Origin: an uncultured Anaeroplasma sp.
GTDB taxonomy: Bacteria; Bacillota_I; Bacilli_A; Acholeplasmatales; Anaeroplasmataceae
DNA: 64,000 nt
Reading direction: 5' to 3'
Assembly (NCBI GenBank): GCA_947592005.1
Contig: CANQDJ010000001.1
Span: forward strand, 11,035 to 75,034
Shown here: positions 9,170-19,033 of the stretch, in pieces
Layout: the number at the start of each line of letters is the position of its first letter
Numbering within the stretch: position 1 is the first letter of the stretch
The notes under the pieces: generated by a model
Database searches by the model: none
Told to the model about the DNA's origin: nothing
What the model saw: the letters and a program-made list of their open reading frames with translations, nothing else
Made by a program: the position numbers and the translations under genes

Positions 9170-10517
9170 AGTGAATCAGTAGGATATAAAGGAAGGATAT
9201 AGTTAGGAAAAAAAGGTATTTTTTGGTGTTTGGGTGATAGGAAACGGAGCGAAGGGCAATAAAGAAGAATAGTATGCATTTGCATAAGGCTCCAATAGAA
9301 AAGCCGACGATATATCCTGCGGTATTAAAGAATGGGTGCATGGATAAAAGAAAGATACTCAGTATGGTTACTATTTGTGAGAATATGGTGATACATAATA
9401 GAGATTTTTCTTTTTTATAGGCTTGAAGGATAACGACACATATCGGATCGAAATAGACGAATAGATAGACGGGAGCCAGAAAACGAACGATCGCCGCACT
9501 CGTGGTGTCGTCATACATCAGACGTAACATATTTTCGGCTTGGTAGTAACAAATACTGAAACTTACGATAGCGATACCGATACTTAGTAGAAATGCTTTA
9601 TCCAAAAGGGAATTTAATTGTTTGTCGTTACCGATGTTTTTGGTTATATTCGGAAATATGAATTTGGCGATAGATAGAATGCCGTATTGTCCGCTGATTA
9701 AGAAGGGGATAGCGTATGAGGTGACGAGGGCGAAGTAAGTGGTGGATTCTTTGAAGTCAATATGGATTTTACTGCAGGCGTAATAATATACGAAGGGAGT
9801 AATGTAGCCGGATATGGTAGCGGATAGGGAAGTCAAAGTTAAGGGAATGGCTTGTTTTAGTATTTTTCTTTCGTAGTTTTGAGTTTTTATGATTTGAATT
9901 TTATGATGTTTTTTTATTTTGTAGGCTAAAATGATACAAGAAGAGAGTTCGGATAGGGTAAGGCAAGCAAAGACGATAATGATTTTGAAGGATAGGGATT
10001 GGTTTTTAAATAGAATAAGTAGAAGAATAGTAGCGAATAGTTTTGTAAGAGATTCAACCAAATTGGATAAGTAGGTTAAAAAGAATTGATTGTTTGCCTC
10101 TAAGTATCCTTTCATTACTCCTGATGTATTGGATAAGTATAATAGGGGTATGCAGAGTAAAAGGGGATAGTAGATAAAAGATTCTTGAAATATGATTTTA
10201 TAGAGCGGAAAGGATAATAACATGGCGATGGAAACGACGGAGGAAGAGATTAGGGTTACTCGTAGACAAGATAACATAATAATACTGATTCTCGTCGTTT
10301 TTATATGGAGATTGCTGGCAATGTTTTGATTACATACCGTTTGAATGGATAAGGAGGATAGACATAGACAGAGGGATAAGGTTGGCATAATCATGGAAAT
10401 CAACCGCATTCCATCTAAGCCCAACATACGAGTTGTTAGAATTTTGTATAACATACCAAGAATTTTTATGGCAATCATACTGAATAAAATGGTTTTTACT
10501 TTTTTATGTTTTTTTAT
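9048..10517 (-). CDS. spoVB: SpoVB/MurJ-like polysaccharide flippase; probable non-ATG start at 10517
   Basis: Multi-TM MOP-type protein (TRMLGLDGM, GVMKGYLEA, KQAIPLTL); yrbG-spoVB-apt-relA synteny; frame stays open upstream of ATG 10478 to an AGGAGG RBS. Confidence 0.7.
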   Translation of the reverse strand: MKKHKKVKTILFSMIAIKILGMLYKILTTRMLGLDGMRLISMIMPTLSLCLCLSSLSIQTVCNQNIASNLHIKTTRISIIMLSCLRVTLISSSVVSIAMLLSFPLYKIIFQESFIYYPLLLCIPLLYLSNTSGVMKGYLEANNQFFLTYLSNLVESLTKLFATILLLILFKNQSLSFKIIIVFACLTLSELSSCIILAYKIKKHHKIQIIKTQNYERKILKQAIPLTLTSLSATISGYITPFVYYYACSKIHIDFKESTTYFALVTSYAIPFLISGQYGILSIAKFIFPNITKNIGNDKQLNSLLDKAFLLSIGIAIVSFSICYYQAENMLRLMYDDTTSAAIVRFLAPVYLFVYFDPICVVILQAYKKEKSLLCITIFSQIVTILSIFLLSMHPFFNTAGYIVGFSIGALCKCILFFFIALRSVSYHPNTKKYLFFLTISFLYILLIHFNKHLSFYLTATVFYIGIYLCSFYFLYNSKETNLSPQKHT

Positions 10518-10607
10518 AATAAAACCTCCTAAAATTTTAATTTAATGCCTTTATCAGCATTAAAGAATATGATATAATTTTATATATAATTACAAGGAGG
10601 CAGTATT

Positions 10608-11129
10608 ATGGAATTAAAAAATTTTATTGCGAGTATAGAAGATTTTCCCAAAAAGGGAATTATCTTTCGAGATATTACTCCGTTGATGCAGAATGCCGAA
10701 GCGTTCTCTTATGCTTGTGATAAATTGGCAGAATATGCGAAAGAAAAAAGGGCTACGATGATTGTGGGTCCGGAAGCGAGAGGGTTTATGTTCGGGTGTC
10801 CGGTTGCCACAAAATTGAATTTGGGATTTGTTCCCATTCGTAAGCCGGGAAAGTTACCTCGAGAAGCGATTACGGAACAATATAGTTTGGAATATGGAAC
10901 AAATAGTCTTTCGATGCATAAAGATGCGTTAAAAAAGGGAGATCGTGTTGTAATTATCGATGATTTATTGGCGACGGGTGGAACGGCTTTGGCAGCGGCT
11001 CATTTATGTGAGAAGTTGGGTGCGGAAGTGGTTGGATTCGCTTTTATTATAGATTTGGTAGATTTAAAAGGTAGAGATGTTTTAAAAAAGTATGATGTGT
11101 ATTCTTTGATGGAATTTGAAGGAGAATAA
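10608..11129 (+). CDS. apt: Adenine phosphoribosyltransferase
   Basis: DFPKKGIIFRDITP, GPEARGF, IIDDLLATGGT. Confidence 0.98.
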   Translation: MELKNFIASIEDFPKKGIIFRDITPLMQNAEAFSYACDKLAEYAKEKRATMIVGPEARGFMFGCPVATKLNLGFVPIRKPGKLPREAITEQYSLEYGTNSLSMHKDALKKGDRVVIIDDLLATGGTALAAAHLCEKLGAEVVGFAFIIDLVDLKGRDVLKKYDVYSLMEFEGE

Positions 11130-11147
11130 AAACAAGAGGTGTATGGT

Positions 11148-13328
11148 ATGAGCTATACGGAGTATGACGATTTGTATAAGTTGACAAGTACATATATTCA
11201 TAAAGAAAGCGATCAGAATGCGATTCGTAAAGCGTATGATTTGGCTGTGAAATTTCATAACGGTCAACTTCGTAAAAGCGGGGAACCATATATCATTCAC
11301 CCATTGAATGTGGCTTGTATTCTTACGGAATTGCATGTTGGACCAGCAACGATTATTGCCGCTCTTTTACATGATGTGGTAGAAGATACCGATTGTACGA
11401 ATGAGGATATTCAAAGGGAATTCGGTGCGGATATCGCTTCTTTGGTTGATGGGGTTACAAAGGTTGGGCAATTAAAGTTTGTTTCTTTGGAACAAAAACA
11501 AGTGGAAAATCATCAACATATTTTATTGGCGATGGCGAAAGATATTCGGGTTATTGTCGTGAAACTTGCCGATCGTTTACATAATATTCGAACATTGGGG
11601 GCGTTAAATTCCGAACAACAGGTTCGTATTGCCAGAGAAACATTGGAGATATATGCACCTTTGGCTCATAAACTCGGTATGTTTAAAATCAAAGCGGAAT
11701 TGGAAGATACGGCATTAAAGTATGTCGATAATGTGATGTATAATAAGATTTTGACTCAAATAAAATCCGATCAATCGGCAAGAATTCAGAATGTCGATCA
11801 TACGATTGAAGAAATTAAGAAATTTTTGGAACCGTATTCTTTTAAGAAGATGCAGATTAAAGGAAGAATTAAAAATATATATAGTATTTATAAGAAAATG
11901 AAAACGCAGAATAAAGCGTTTGAAGATATTTATGATGTTTTGGCAATTCGGGTAATTGTGGAAACAGTAGGAGAGTGTTATCAGGTTTTGGGGTTGATTC
12001 ATGCTCATTATACTCCCGTACCAAAACGATTTAAGGATTATATAGCTGTACCGAAACCGAATATGTATCAATCCCTGCATACGACGGTTATATCCAATGA
12101 CGGATTTACTTTTGAGGTTCAAATCCGAACGGAAGAGATGGATCGTGTTGCCGAGTATGGTATCGCTGCACATTGGGCGTATAAGGAGAATGTAGAGTAT
12201 TCTAAGGAAAAGGAACAATTCGAGATTGCTCAAAAGTTGAAGTGGTATGGAGAACTTTTACGGTTTTCCGAAGAGGAAGAAAAGCCTTCTGAAGCGAAAG
12301 ATTATGTAGAAACCATTAAGGAAGAAATATTAAGTACGAATGTGTATGTCTATACTCCGACAGGAGAAGTAATCGATCTTCCGAGAGGGGCTACTCCGTT
12401 GGATTTTGCATATAAAATTCATACGAATATCGGAAATAAGACGGTAGGAGCGATTGTGAATAATCATATTGTTCCTTTGGATTATGAATTACAAACGGGA
12501 GATATTATTTCGATTAAGACGAATAAAAATTCTTTCGGTCCTTCTGAAAACTGGTTGAAAATTGCTAAAACCACTCATGCGAAGCATAAGATAAAGAGTT
12601 TTTTGAATAAACAGAATAGAGATATTTTGATTCAACAAGGTAAGGATAGTTTGGATAATGAATTCCATTTGAATAAAGTGATATCTTATGATATTTCCGA
12701 TGAATTATTAAAATCGTTTAATAAAAATAATATCAATTCATTAGAAGATTTATATTTGGAGATTGCGAAAGGGAATATTTCCACTAAAACGATTGTTTCT
12801 AAATATTTAGGTAGTGAAGAAAATACGGCAGAAATCGCTTTAAATCGACAAATAGAGCGAAATCAAAGGATTTTAACGACAAATAGTGAAACGGGTGTTG
12901 TGGTAGAAGGTTTATTGAATCCGCAGTTAAAATTGGGAAGTTGTTGTAATCCGATACCGGGAGATAAGATTTTCGGCTATGTTACAAAAGGAAATGGAAT
13001 TGTCGTTCATAATGTAAATTGTAGGAATGTAAAAAATTTTCAAAAAGAAAGACTGATTCCATTGTCTTGGGCAACCAATCCGGGAAGAAAATATCCTGCC
13101 AGTATCAAGATTCATGCGACTAGCAGTATGAATTTATTATTGGAAATTATGAATACTGTATCGGCAAGTGGAATGTCTATTTTGGCGATTTCGGCGAATA
13201 GCAATGATAATTTGGAAACAACGGTAAAATTAAAGGTAATGACTTCGTCTTTGGTGGAGTTGGAAAAGATGATTGTCAATATGAATAAGATAAAATTTGT
13301 ATTTAATATAGAAAGAGATAATGTATGA
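11148..13328 (+). CDS. relA: Bifunctional (p)ppGpp synthase/hydrolase Rel
   Basis: RKSGEPYIIHP, HDVVED, KGRIKNIYSIYKK, YQSLHT, EVQIRT, TGS and ACT domains. Confidence 0.98.
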   Translation: MSYTEYDDLYKLTSTYIHKESDQNAIRKAYDLAVKFHNGQLRKSGEPYIIHPLNVACILTELHVGPATIIAALLHDVVEDTDCTNEDIQREFGADIASLVDGVTKVGQLKFVSLEQKQVENHQHILLAMAKDIRVIVVKLADRLHNIRTLGALNSEQQVRIARETLEIYAPLAHKLGMFKIKAELEDTALKYVDNVMYNKILTQIKSDQSARIQNVDHTIEEIKKFLEPYSFKKMQIKGRIKNIYSIYKKMKTQNKAFEDIYDVLAIRVIVETVGECYQVLGLIHAHYTPVPKRFKDYIAVPKPNMYQSLHTTVISNDGFTFEVQIRTEEMDRVAEYGIAAHWAYKENVEYSKEKEQFEIAQKLKWYGELLRFSEEEEKPSEAKDYVETIKEEILSTNVYVYTPTGEVIDLPRGATPLDFAYKIHTNIGNKTVGAIVNNHIVPLDYELQTGDIISIKTNKNSFGPSENWLKIAKTTHAKHKIKSFLNKQNRDILIQQGKDSLDNEFHLNKVISYDISDELLKSFNKNNINSLEDLYLEIAKGNISTKTIVSKYLGSEENTAEIALNRQIERNQRILTTNSETGVVVEGLLNPQLKLGSCCNPIPGDKIFGYVTKGNGIVVHNVNCRNVKNFQKERLIPLSWATNPGRKYPASIKIHATSSMNLLLEIMNTVSASGMSILAISANSNDNLETTVKLKVMTSSLVELEKMIVNMNKIKFVFNIERDNV

Positions 13329-13771
13329 GAGTTTTGATTCAACGTTGTGCGTATGCGTCTTGTAAAGTCAATGGAGAAGTAACCGGTCAGATTCAAAACG
13401 GAATGGTATGTTTGGTTGGGTTTGATAAAAAAGATAGTCTGAAAGAAGTGGAAATGTTGGCGAAAAAGACAATAGGGTTGCGGATATTCGAAGATGAAAA
13501 TCATAAAATGAATTTAAGTGTTCATGAGGTAAATGGATCTATATTGGCGATTTCGCAATTTACGTTGTATGCGGATTGTAAGCATGGAAATCGACCATCT
13601 TTTACCGAAGCGATGGATTTTGAATCCGCAAAAGAATTATATGATGCATATTGTAAGGTATTAGAAGCAAATACTATATCTGTTCAAAGAGGAATATTCG
13701 GGGCAGATATGAAGATAGAACTTTTGAATGATGGTCCGGTAACTATCTTTTTGGATAGCGATTGTCTGTAG
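13325..13771 (+). CDS. dtd: D-aminoacyl-tRNA deacylase
   Basis: MRVLIQR, SQFTL, FGADMKIELLNDGPVT. Confidence 0.98.
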   Translation: MRVLIQRCAYASCKVNGEVTGQIQNGMVCLVGFDKKDSLKEVEMLAKKTIGLRIFEDENHKMNLSVHEVNGSILAISQFTLYADCKHGNRPSFTEAMDFESAKELYDAYCKVLEANTISVQRGIFGADMKIELLNDGPVTIFLDSDCL

Positions 13772-13784
13772 GAGGAGGAAGCGT

Positions 13785-15494
13785 ATGGGTAAAAAGAATT
13801 ATGTTTTTTTGGATACGGAATGTCATACTCTAGATGAATTGGGTATCGCTTTATCCGAAAATTTTGGTTATGCATTACAGGATATATATGACAGAACCAA
13901 AGAACTGATTGGGTTTATTCGTAAACAAAATAAGAAAATTGTTTCTAAGATTGTATCTTATTTTACGGAATGTAAATATAAAAATTCGGTTTTAACGTTT
14001 CTTATATTTCATTTATGTTCGGATAAAAGAGTAGTAATCAATGGAGAAGTTTATGATTTTAAAGCGTTTGTCAAAGCATTAAAGAAATACGGGAAGGATC
14101 ATAAAGCGATTTTTACGTTTATTGAGGATTCCGGTATCAGTCAAACGTACGCTACTTTGAATATCGAACCTACGTTGGAACAAGATGCGTATTTTATAGA
14201 AAAGAATATAAATGATCCTTTCGTTATGGAGTATTTGACTACGTTCTATGATTATGATTATGTGGAGTCGTTGCGTAGTCATATCGCCAATGTTTTTATC
14301 TATGATGAAGAAGGATTTCGGGAAACGTTGGAAATCGTGAAAAAGGATAAATTCGGTTTATTGTTGGCACATAAGGTAGGATTTCGGCCGGTATTTGATA
14401 TGCGAAATACGGAAATGCCTGTTTTTAAAGCGGTGTTGTTGTTAAGACAGGAATTTGATGAAAAGGATTTAAAGAGAGTATTGGACGGAACGTTCTTTTG
14501 GTGGTTATTGGAAAATTATGAGAATTATACTTATAAAAAAGAATCCAAAGAGATTCGAAATAAATTAAAAGAGATTCAAAAGAAGAAAGAAAAAGTGGAA
14601 AAGAATGCCGGATTTGAAGAATACGTGCATTTGTCTTCCGAATTATATGATATATATATTGAATTTATTCGGTATGTGAGAAAAGGACAAATCGGAATTA
14701 AAAAGAATGTTGACGAAGAACAGTTTGTGTTGGATAAAGCCTATTGTAATACATTTATCTGTTATGATTATATGAAGGATCATACGGTGAAATTATCGAC
14801 GGAAAATATAGATACAGAATCCGATAAGGAAACGGCATCGCAACAAGAAGATACTTCTTTGAATATGGTATTGAAACAGGAAAAAACGATTCAAAAATGG
14901 AAACGATATATGGGAATGTCTTTATTTATCGGAATATTGTCTATTTTGAGTTTGGCGTTGTATATCGTTTTGGGTTTTGTGATGGGGAAGAATTTATTCG
15001 ATGTTTATTCGATGGTTCCGGTTTTCTTAACTTTGGGTTTTTCGGTTGTTTACGGAATCAGTCTTTTGGTATATTTATTGAAAGTGAATAAGACCGATCG
15101 AGCAGTAGGAGATTGTATCTTATGGATTCATCTTTCGGATTTGAATTTGAAGCGTTCTCTTCAACAAGAACATGAATATGAAAGAATTTCTCAAAATATA
15201 GATGTGATACGAAAGCGAGCGATGGTGCAACATCGGATTTTATCTTGTTTGAATTGTATTTTATTCTGCGGTATTCCGGCTGGTTCTGCCTTTTATGGAT
15301 TTGGGTTTATCCGTTTGTTGATTTTCGAAGAGAGTTTTGAAAGTGGAAATTTAGCCAAAATATATTGGGCGATCGGAGTTGGATTCGGTCTGTTATATGG
15401 ATTAATACGGAAAAGAAAGGGAGCATTTACGGCAATTTTATTATCTTTGGTTTCTGTTGCGGGAGTAATAGGGTTGGCATTTATAATGCGGTAA
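13785..15494 (+). CDS. Hypothetical membrane protein with large soluble N-terminal region and C-terminal TM segments
   Basis: 569-aa ORF with GGAGG RBS and hydrophobic helices in the last third; no motif recognised. Confidence 0.75.
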   Translation: MGKKNYVFLDTECHTLDELGIALSENFGYALQDIYDRTKELIGFIRKQNKKIVSKIVSYFTECKYKNSVLTFLIFHLCSDKRVVINGEVYDFKAFVKALKKYGKDHKAIFTFIEDSGISQTYATLNIEPTLEQDAYFIEKNINDPFVMEYLTTFYDYDYVESLRSHIANVFIYDEEGFRETLEIVKKDKFGLLLAHKVGFRPVFDMRNTEMPVFKAVLLLRQEFDEKDLKRVLDGTFFWWLLENYENYTYKKESKEIRNKLKEIQKKKEKVEKNAGFEEYVHLSSELYDIYIEFIRYVRKGQIGIKKNVDEEQFVLDKAYCNTFICYDYMKDHTVKLSTENIDTESDKETASQQEDTSLNMVLKQEKTIQKWKRYMGMSLFIGILSILSLALYIVLGFVMGKNLFDVYSMVPVFLTLGFSVVYGISLLVYLLKVNKTDRAVGDCILWIHLSDLNLKRSLQQEHEYERISQNIDVIRKRAMVQHRILSCLNCILFCGIPAGSAFYGFGFIRLLIFEESFESGNLAKIYWAIGVGFGLLYGLIRKRKGAFTAILLSLVSVAGVIGLAFIMR

Positions 15495-15500
15495 TGTAGT

Positions 15501-16799
15501 ATGAAGTTGTATATGATAAGTCTTGGTTGTGCGAAAAATCAAGTGGATTCGGAAATGATTTTGGGTATTTTTAAGAAGAAAGTGGAAATCACTTCACAAG
15601 TGGAAGAAGCGGATTTGATTATCATAAACACTTGTGCTTTTATTGAATCGGCGAAGAAAGAATCTATCGATACGATATTATCCGTTGCGGATCAAAAGAA
15701 AGAAACTGCTAAGTTGGTTGTTTGTGGGTGTTTATCTCAAAGATATAAAAAAGAATTGGTTTCTTTGATGCCGGAAGTGGATCGATTTATTGGAATCGAT
15801 GAATATGGGAATATAAAAAAGATATTGAAGAATGTTATGGATTCTTCCTTTCCTATTTCCGATTTATCTTTTTTGAATAGAGTGTATTCCACTCCCGATT
15901 ATATGCGGTATGTCAAAATATCCGAAGGGTGTATGAATCGATGTGCTTTTTGTGCAATACCGCTTATTCGAGGAGAATTGAAGAGTCGACCGATAGAAGA
16001 TATCGAGCAAGAAGTCAGAATGCATGTTTCTGATGGGGTGTATGAAATTAATTTGATTTCTCAAGATACCACAAAATATGGATATGATATTTATCATAAA
16101 TTAAGTTTGGTGGATTTATTGAGTAAATTGGTTCAAATTGAAGGGGATTTTAAGATACGGCTTTTATATCTTTATCCTGATATCGTAACCGATGAATTGA
16201 TTGATTTTATTAAAAATAATCCGAAAGTAATGCCATATTTTGATATTCCGATTCAGCATAGTGAAGATAAGATATTAAATAAAATGTTTAGAAGAGGGAA
16301 TAAGGAATTTATGCTGAGTTTGTTTTCCAAAATAAAAAAAGAGATTCCGCAAGCCATTCTTCGAACGACATTTATTGTGGGTTTTCCTTATGAGGAAGAA
16401 ACGGATATGGACGCATTGATTGAATTTATTCGAATGGTTCAGTTTGATCGATTGGGGGCATTTACTTTTTCTCTTGAGGAAGGAACTAAGGCGTGTACGT
16501 ATCCGAATGATATTCCCGAAAGCGTGAAACAACAACGATATGATCGTTTGATGCAAGTCCAACAAGAAATTATGTTGGAAAAGAATGCCAAAAAAGTCGG
16601 AAGCATTTTGGAAGATGTTTTTGTCGTAGGATATGATGAAGAAAGTTATATGTATGTGGCAAGATCGAATGATTACGCACCGGACGAAATCGATGGTTGT
16701 ATCTATGTTGCTTCTACGGAAGAATTGAAATTGGGTCAAAGGATAAAAGTTAAGGTTTTGGATTATGATGCATATTCTTTAATTGGTCAAAATGTATAA
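15501..16799 (+). CDS. rimO: Ribosomal protein S12 methylthiotransferase RimO
   Basis: SLGCAKNQVDSE, INTCAFIESAKKESI, radical SAM CxxxCxxC (CMNRCAFC), C-terminal TRAM domain. Confidence 0.93.
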   Translation: MKLYMISLGCAKNQVDSEMILGIFKKKVEITSQVEEADLIIINTCAFIESAKKESIDTILSVADQKKETAKLVVCGCLSQRYKKELVSLMPEVDRFIGIDEYGNIKKILKNVMDSSFPISDLSFLNRVYSTPDYMRYVKISEGCMNRCAFCAIPLIRGELKSRPIEDIEQEVRMHVSDGVYEINLISQDTTKYGYDIYHKLSLVDLLSKLVQIEGDFKIRLLYLYPDIVTDELIDFIKNNPKVMPYFDIPIQHSEDKILNKMFRRGNKEFMLSLFSKIKKEIPQAILRTTFIVGFPYEEETDMDALIEFIRMVQFDRLGAFTFSLEEGTKACTYPNDIPESVKQQRYDRLMQVQQEIMLEKNAKKVGSILEDVFVVGYDEESYMYVARSNDYAPDEIDGCIYVASTEELKLGQRIKVKVLDYDAYSLIGQNV

Positions 16800-16817
16800 G
16801 AATAAGTAGAGGTTTTT

Positions 16818-17387
16818 ATGAAAATTAATGTTGTGTTATATCACCCGGAGATACCGCAGAATACGGGAAATATTATGAGGAGTTGTGTCGGATTTCATGC
16901 GAAACTTCATTTGATTAAGCCTTTGGGTTTTCGTTTGGACGAAACGAGATTGAAGCGGAGTTGTGTGGATTATTATGAATATATTGACTACGAGGTATAT
17001 GAAGATTTTACCGATTTTAAAAATAAGAATAAAGGAAAATATTATTATTTTACCCGTTACGGAAAAAAATCTCCTTCTTCTATTCGGTTTGAGAAAGATG
17101 AAGAACCGATTTATTTGATTTTCGGTTCGGAATCTATCGGGATTGCCTATGATATTTTAAAACAGGATTTAGAGCACTGTTATCGCATTCCGACGACGGA
17201 TAAAATTCGAAGTCTGAATTTATCGAATTGTGTGGCTATTGCGTTATTTTTGGCTTCGGAACAGTTAAATAGCGAAGAAATTGCGATACCATATGAACCG
17301 GAAACGTTAAAGGGAAAAGATTTTTTGGAGAAGGTGGATTTATCGGTTTTATCCAAGAAATACAGTGAATATAAAGGAGATGAATGA
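16818..17387 (+). CDS. trmL: tRNA (cytidine/uridine-2'-O)-methyltransferase TrmL
   Basis: PEIPQNTGNI, FGSES, RSLNLSN SPOUT motifs. Confidence 0.95.
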   Translation: MKINVVLYHPEIPQNTGNIMRSCVGFHAKLHLIKPLGFRLDETRLKRSCVDYYEYIDYEVYEDFTDFKNKNKGKYYYFTRYGKKSPSSIRFEKDEEPIYLIFGSESIGIAYDILKQDLEHCYRIPTTDKIRSLNLSNCVAIALFLASEQLNSEEIAIPYEPETLKGKDFLEKVDLSVLSKKYSEYKGDE

Positions 17388-17388
17388 A

Positions 17389-17694
17389 ATGAAAGAATTA
17401 AGAAAAGAAGAATGGGAGAAATTTATCAATCAAAAAGGATTTGTTTTGATTGATTTTTGGGCTACTTGGTGTGGACCTTGTCGAATGCTGACTCCTGTTT
17501 TGGAAGAACTTCAAGATACTATGGATATTTCTATCGGTAAAGTAGATGTAGATGAGGAAGAGGAATTGAGCGAAATGTATCAAATTTCTTCTATTCCGAC
17601 GGTTTTGTTGTTTAAAGATGGAAAATTGGTCGATACGAAAATAGGGTATATGCCATTAGAAAATATGAAGGAATGGATTGCCTTATATGAATAA
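17389..17694 (+). CDS. trxA: Thioredoxin
   Basis: DFWATWCGPC active site. Confidence 0.95.
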   Translation: MKELRKEEWEKFINQKGFVLIDFWATWCGPCRMLTPVLEELQDTMDISIGKVDVDEEEELSEMYQISSIPTVLLFKDGKLVDTKIGYMPLENMKEWIALYE

Positions 17695-18535
17695 ACCGGA
17701 TTGTCTTATTATCGGATTCGGTCCTTGCGGAATAGAAGCCGCAATTTATTTGAAAAGATATGGATTTAATCCTATTGTCGTAGGAAAAGACGGTGGTGCG
17801 TTAGAAAAGGCACATCAAATTGAAAATTATTATGGTATTGAATCGATTACAGGAAAAGAATTGTTGGAAAAGGGAATCGAACAAGCCAAGCATTTGGGAA
17901 TAGAAGTAGTAAATGACGAAGTATTAGCCATAGAAACAGATGAAGGATTTAAGGTTATCGGCGTCCATCATATTTGGCAACCTAAAACAATTTTATTGGC
18001 TGTTGGAGCAAGTCGAGCCTCTTTGTCGTCGGCAAGTGCGTATGAAGGAAAAGGTGTTTCTTATTGTGCGATATGTGATGGATTTTTTTACCGTAAGAAG
18101 AAAGTGGCCATCATCGGTAATGGAGCATATATGCTTCATGAATTGGAGATTTTAAAACAAATGATTTCCGATTTGGTTATTTTTACCGATGGAAAACCTT
18201 TAATGGTTGATGTTGGTGATACAAAAGTAATAAAAGATAAAATACTGAGATTCGAAGGCGAAGGCAAATTGCAAAATATTGTTACCGAAAAAGAATCTTA
18301 TCCGGTAGAAGGGTGTTTTATCGCTATCGGCAGTGCTTCCGGATTTACGTTGGCAAAGCATTTGGGTATCGCAATGAAAGAGAATAGTATTATGGTAAAT
18401 GAACAGTATATGACTAATATTACAGGAATCTTTGCGGGAGGAGATTGTATTGGGGGCTTACTTCAAGTATCTAAGGCAATAGCCGACGGAGCGTTGGCGG
18501 CTACCGAAATTTCGAAATATTTAAAAAAGTCATAA
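17687..18535 (+). CDS. trxB: Thioredoxin reductase-family FAD oxidoreductase
   Basis: IIGFGPCG, GKGVSYCAICDG, IGNG, GIFAGGD; adjacent to trxA. Confidence 0.8.
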   Translation: MNKPDCLIIGFGPCGIEAAIYLKRYGFNPIVVGKDGGALEKAHQIENYYGIESITGKELLEKGIEQAKHLGIEVVNDEVLAIETDEGFKVIGVHHIWQPKTILLAVGASRASLSSASAYEGKGVSYCAICDGFFYRKKKVAIIGNGAYMLHELEILKQMISDLVIFTDGKPLMVDVGDTKVIKDKILRFEGEGKLQNIVTEKESYPVEGCFIAIGSASGFTLAKHLGIAMKENSIMVNEQYMTNITGIFAGGDCIGGLLQVSKAIADGALAATEISKYLKKS

Positions 18536-18557
18536 TTTGGATTTTATTTCATATAGT
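18530..18557 (+). promoter_or_regulatory. Sigma-E-like promoter of the cotO-like gene
   Basis: TCATAAT-N13-CATATAGT resembles the sigma-E consensus. Confidence 0.4.
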
Positions 18558-18576
18558 ATAGTAAAGGTGATAATGT

Positions 18577-18876
18577 ATGAATGATCCATTACTATTTATA
18601 GATTCGGTAAAAGATAAAAGCGAGGCAACTTCCAATCAAGAATATTATGATTCGAGAGTGAAGTCGAGAAAAAAAGTGGCGAAACATCGGTTGGAAGATA
18701 TCGAAGCGATGTTGTATTATCGAATTCATGTGCTTGCCGAAATTTATACGAAATCCGCTACATTTGAAGGAGTAGTAAAAGAAGTCAGTGAACAAGGACT
18801 GCGACTACAAATGGAAAATAAGGAAATTCTTATTCCTATTGTAGATATAGAAGATATCAATATTTTAAAACTTTAA
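18577..18876 (+). CDS. CotO-like spore coat morphogenetic protein (short form)
   Basis: N-terminal PLLFI motif and C-terminal Sm-like FEGVVKEVSEQGLRL...IPIVDIEDINIL, resembling CotO. Confidence 0.5.
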   Translation: MNDPLLFIDSVKDKSEATSNQEYYDSRVKSRKKVAKHRLEDIEAMLYYRIHVLAEIYTKSATFEGVVKEVSEQGLRLQMENKEILIPIVDIEDINILKL

Positions 18877-18881
18877 AGAAG

Positions 18882-18918
18882 AGGATTAAAATTCTTTTGG
18901 GATTTTAGTCCTTTTTTT
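18882..18918 (+). terminator. Intrinsic terminator
   Basis: AGGATTAAAATT/GATTTTAGTCCT stem followed by a T run. Confidence 0.7.
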
Positions 18919-18967
18919 CTTTTTATAATTAATCGAATGTCACTAAAATTATACGAAAAAATCAGTA

Positions 18968-18998
18968 TTGACAAAAATATGCGTGGGGGGGGTATAAT
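18968..18998 (+). promoter_or_regulatory. Sigma-A promoter with a G8 tract in a 19-nt spacer
   Basis: TTGACA 18968-18973, G8 18985-18992, TATAAT 18993-18998. Confidence 0.8.
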
Positions 18999-19033
18999 AT
19001 AGACATTAAGAAAGGGAGAAATAAGGTGAGTTT

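Noticed and set aside
11715-12233. 172-aa antisense ORF, and similar shadow ORFs at 16275-16739, 40543-40965 and 53779-54354
   Set aside because: Fully inside well-supported opposite-strand genes, with no RBS or motifs; expected from codon bias.
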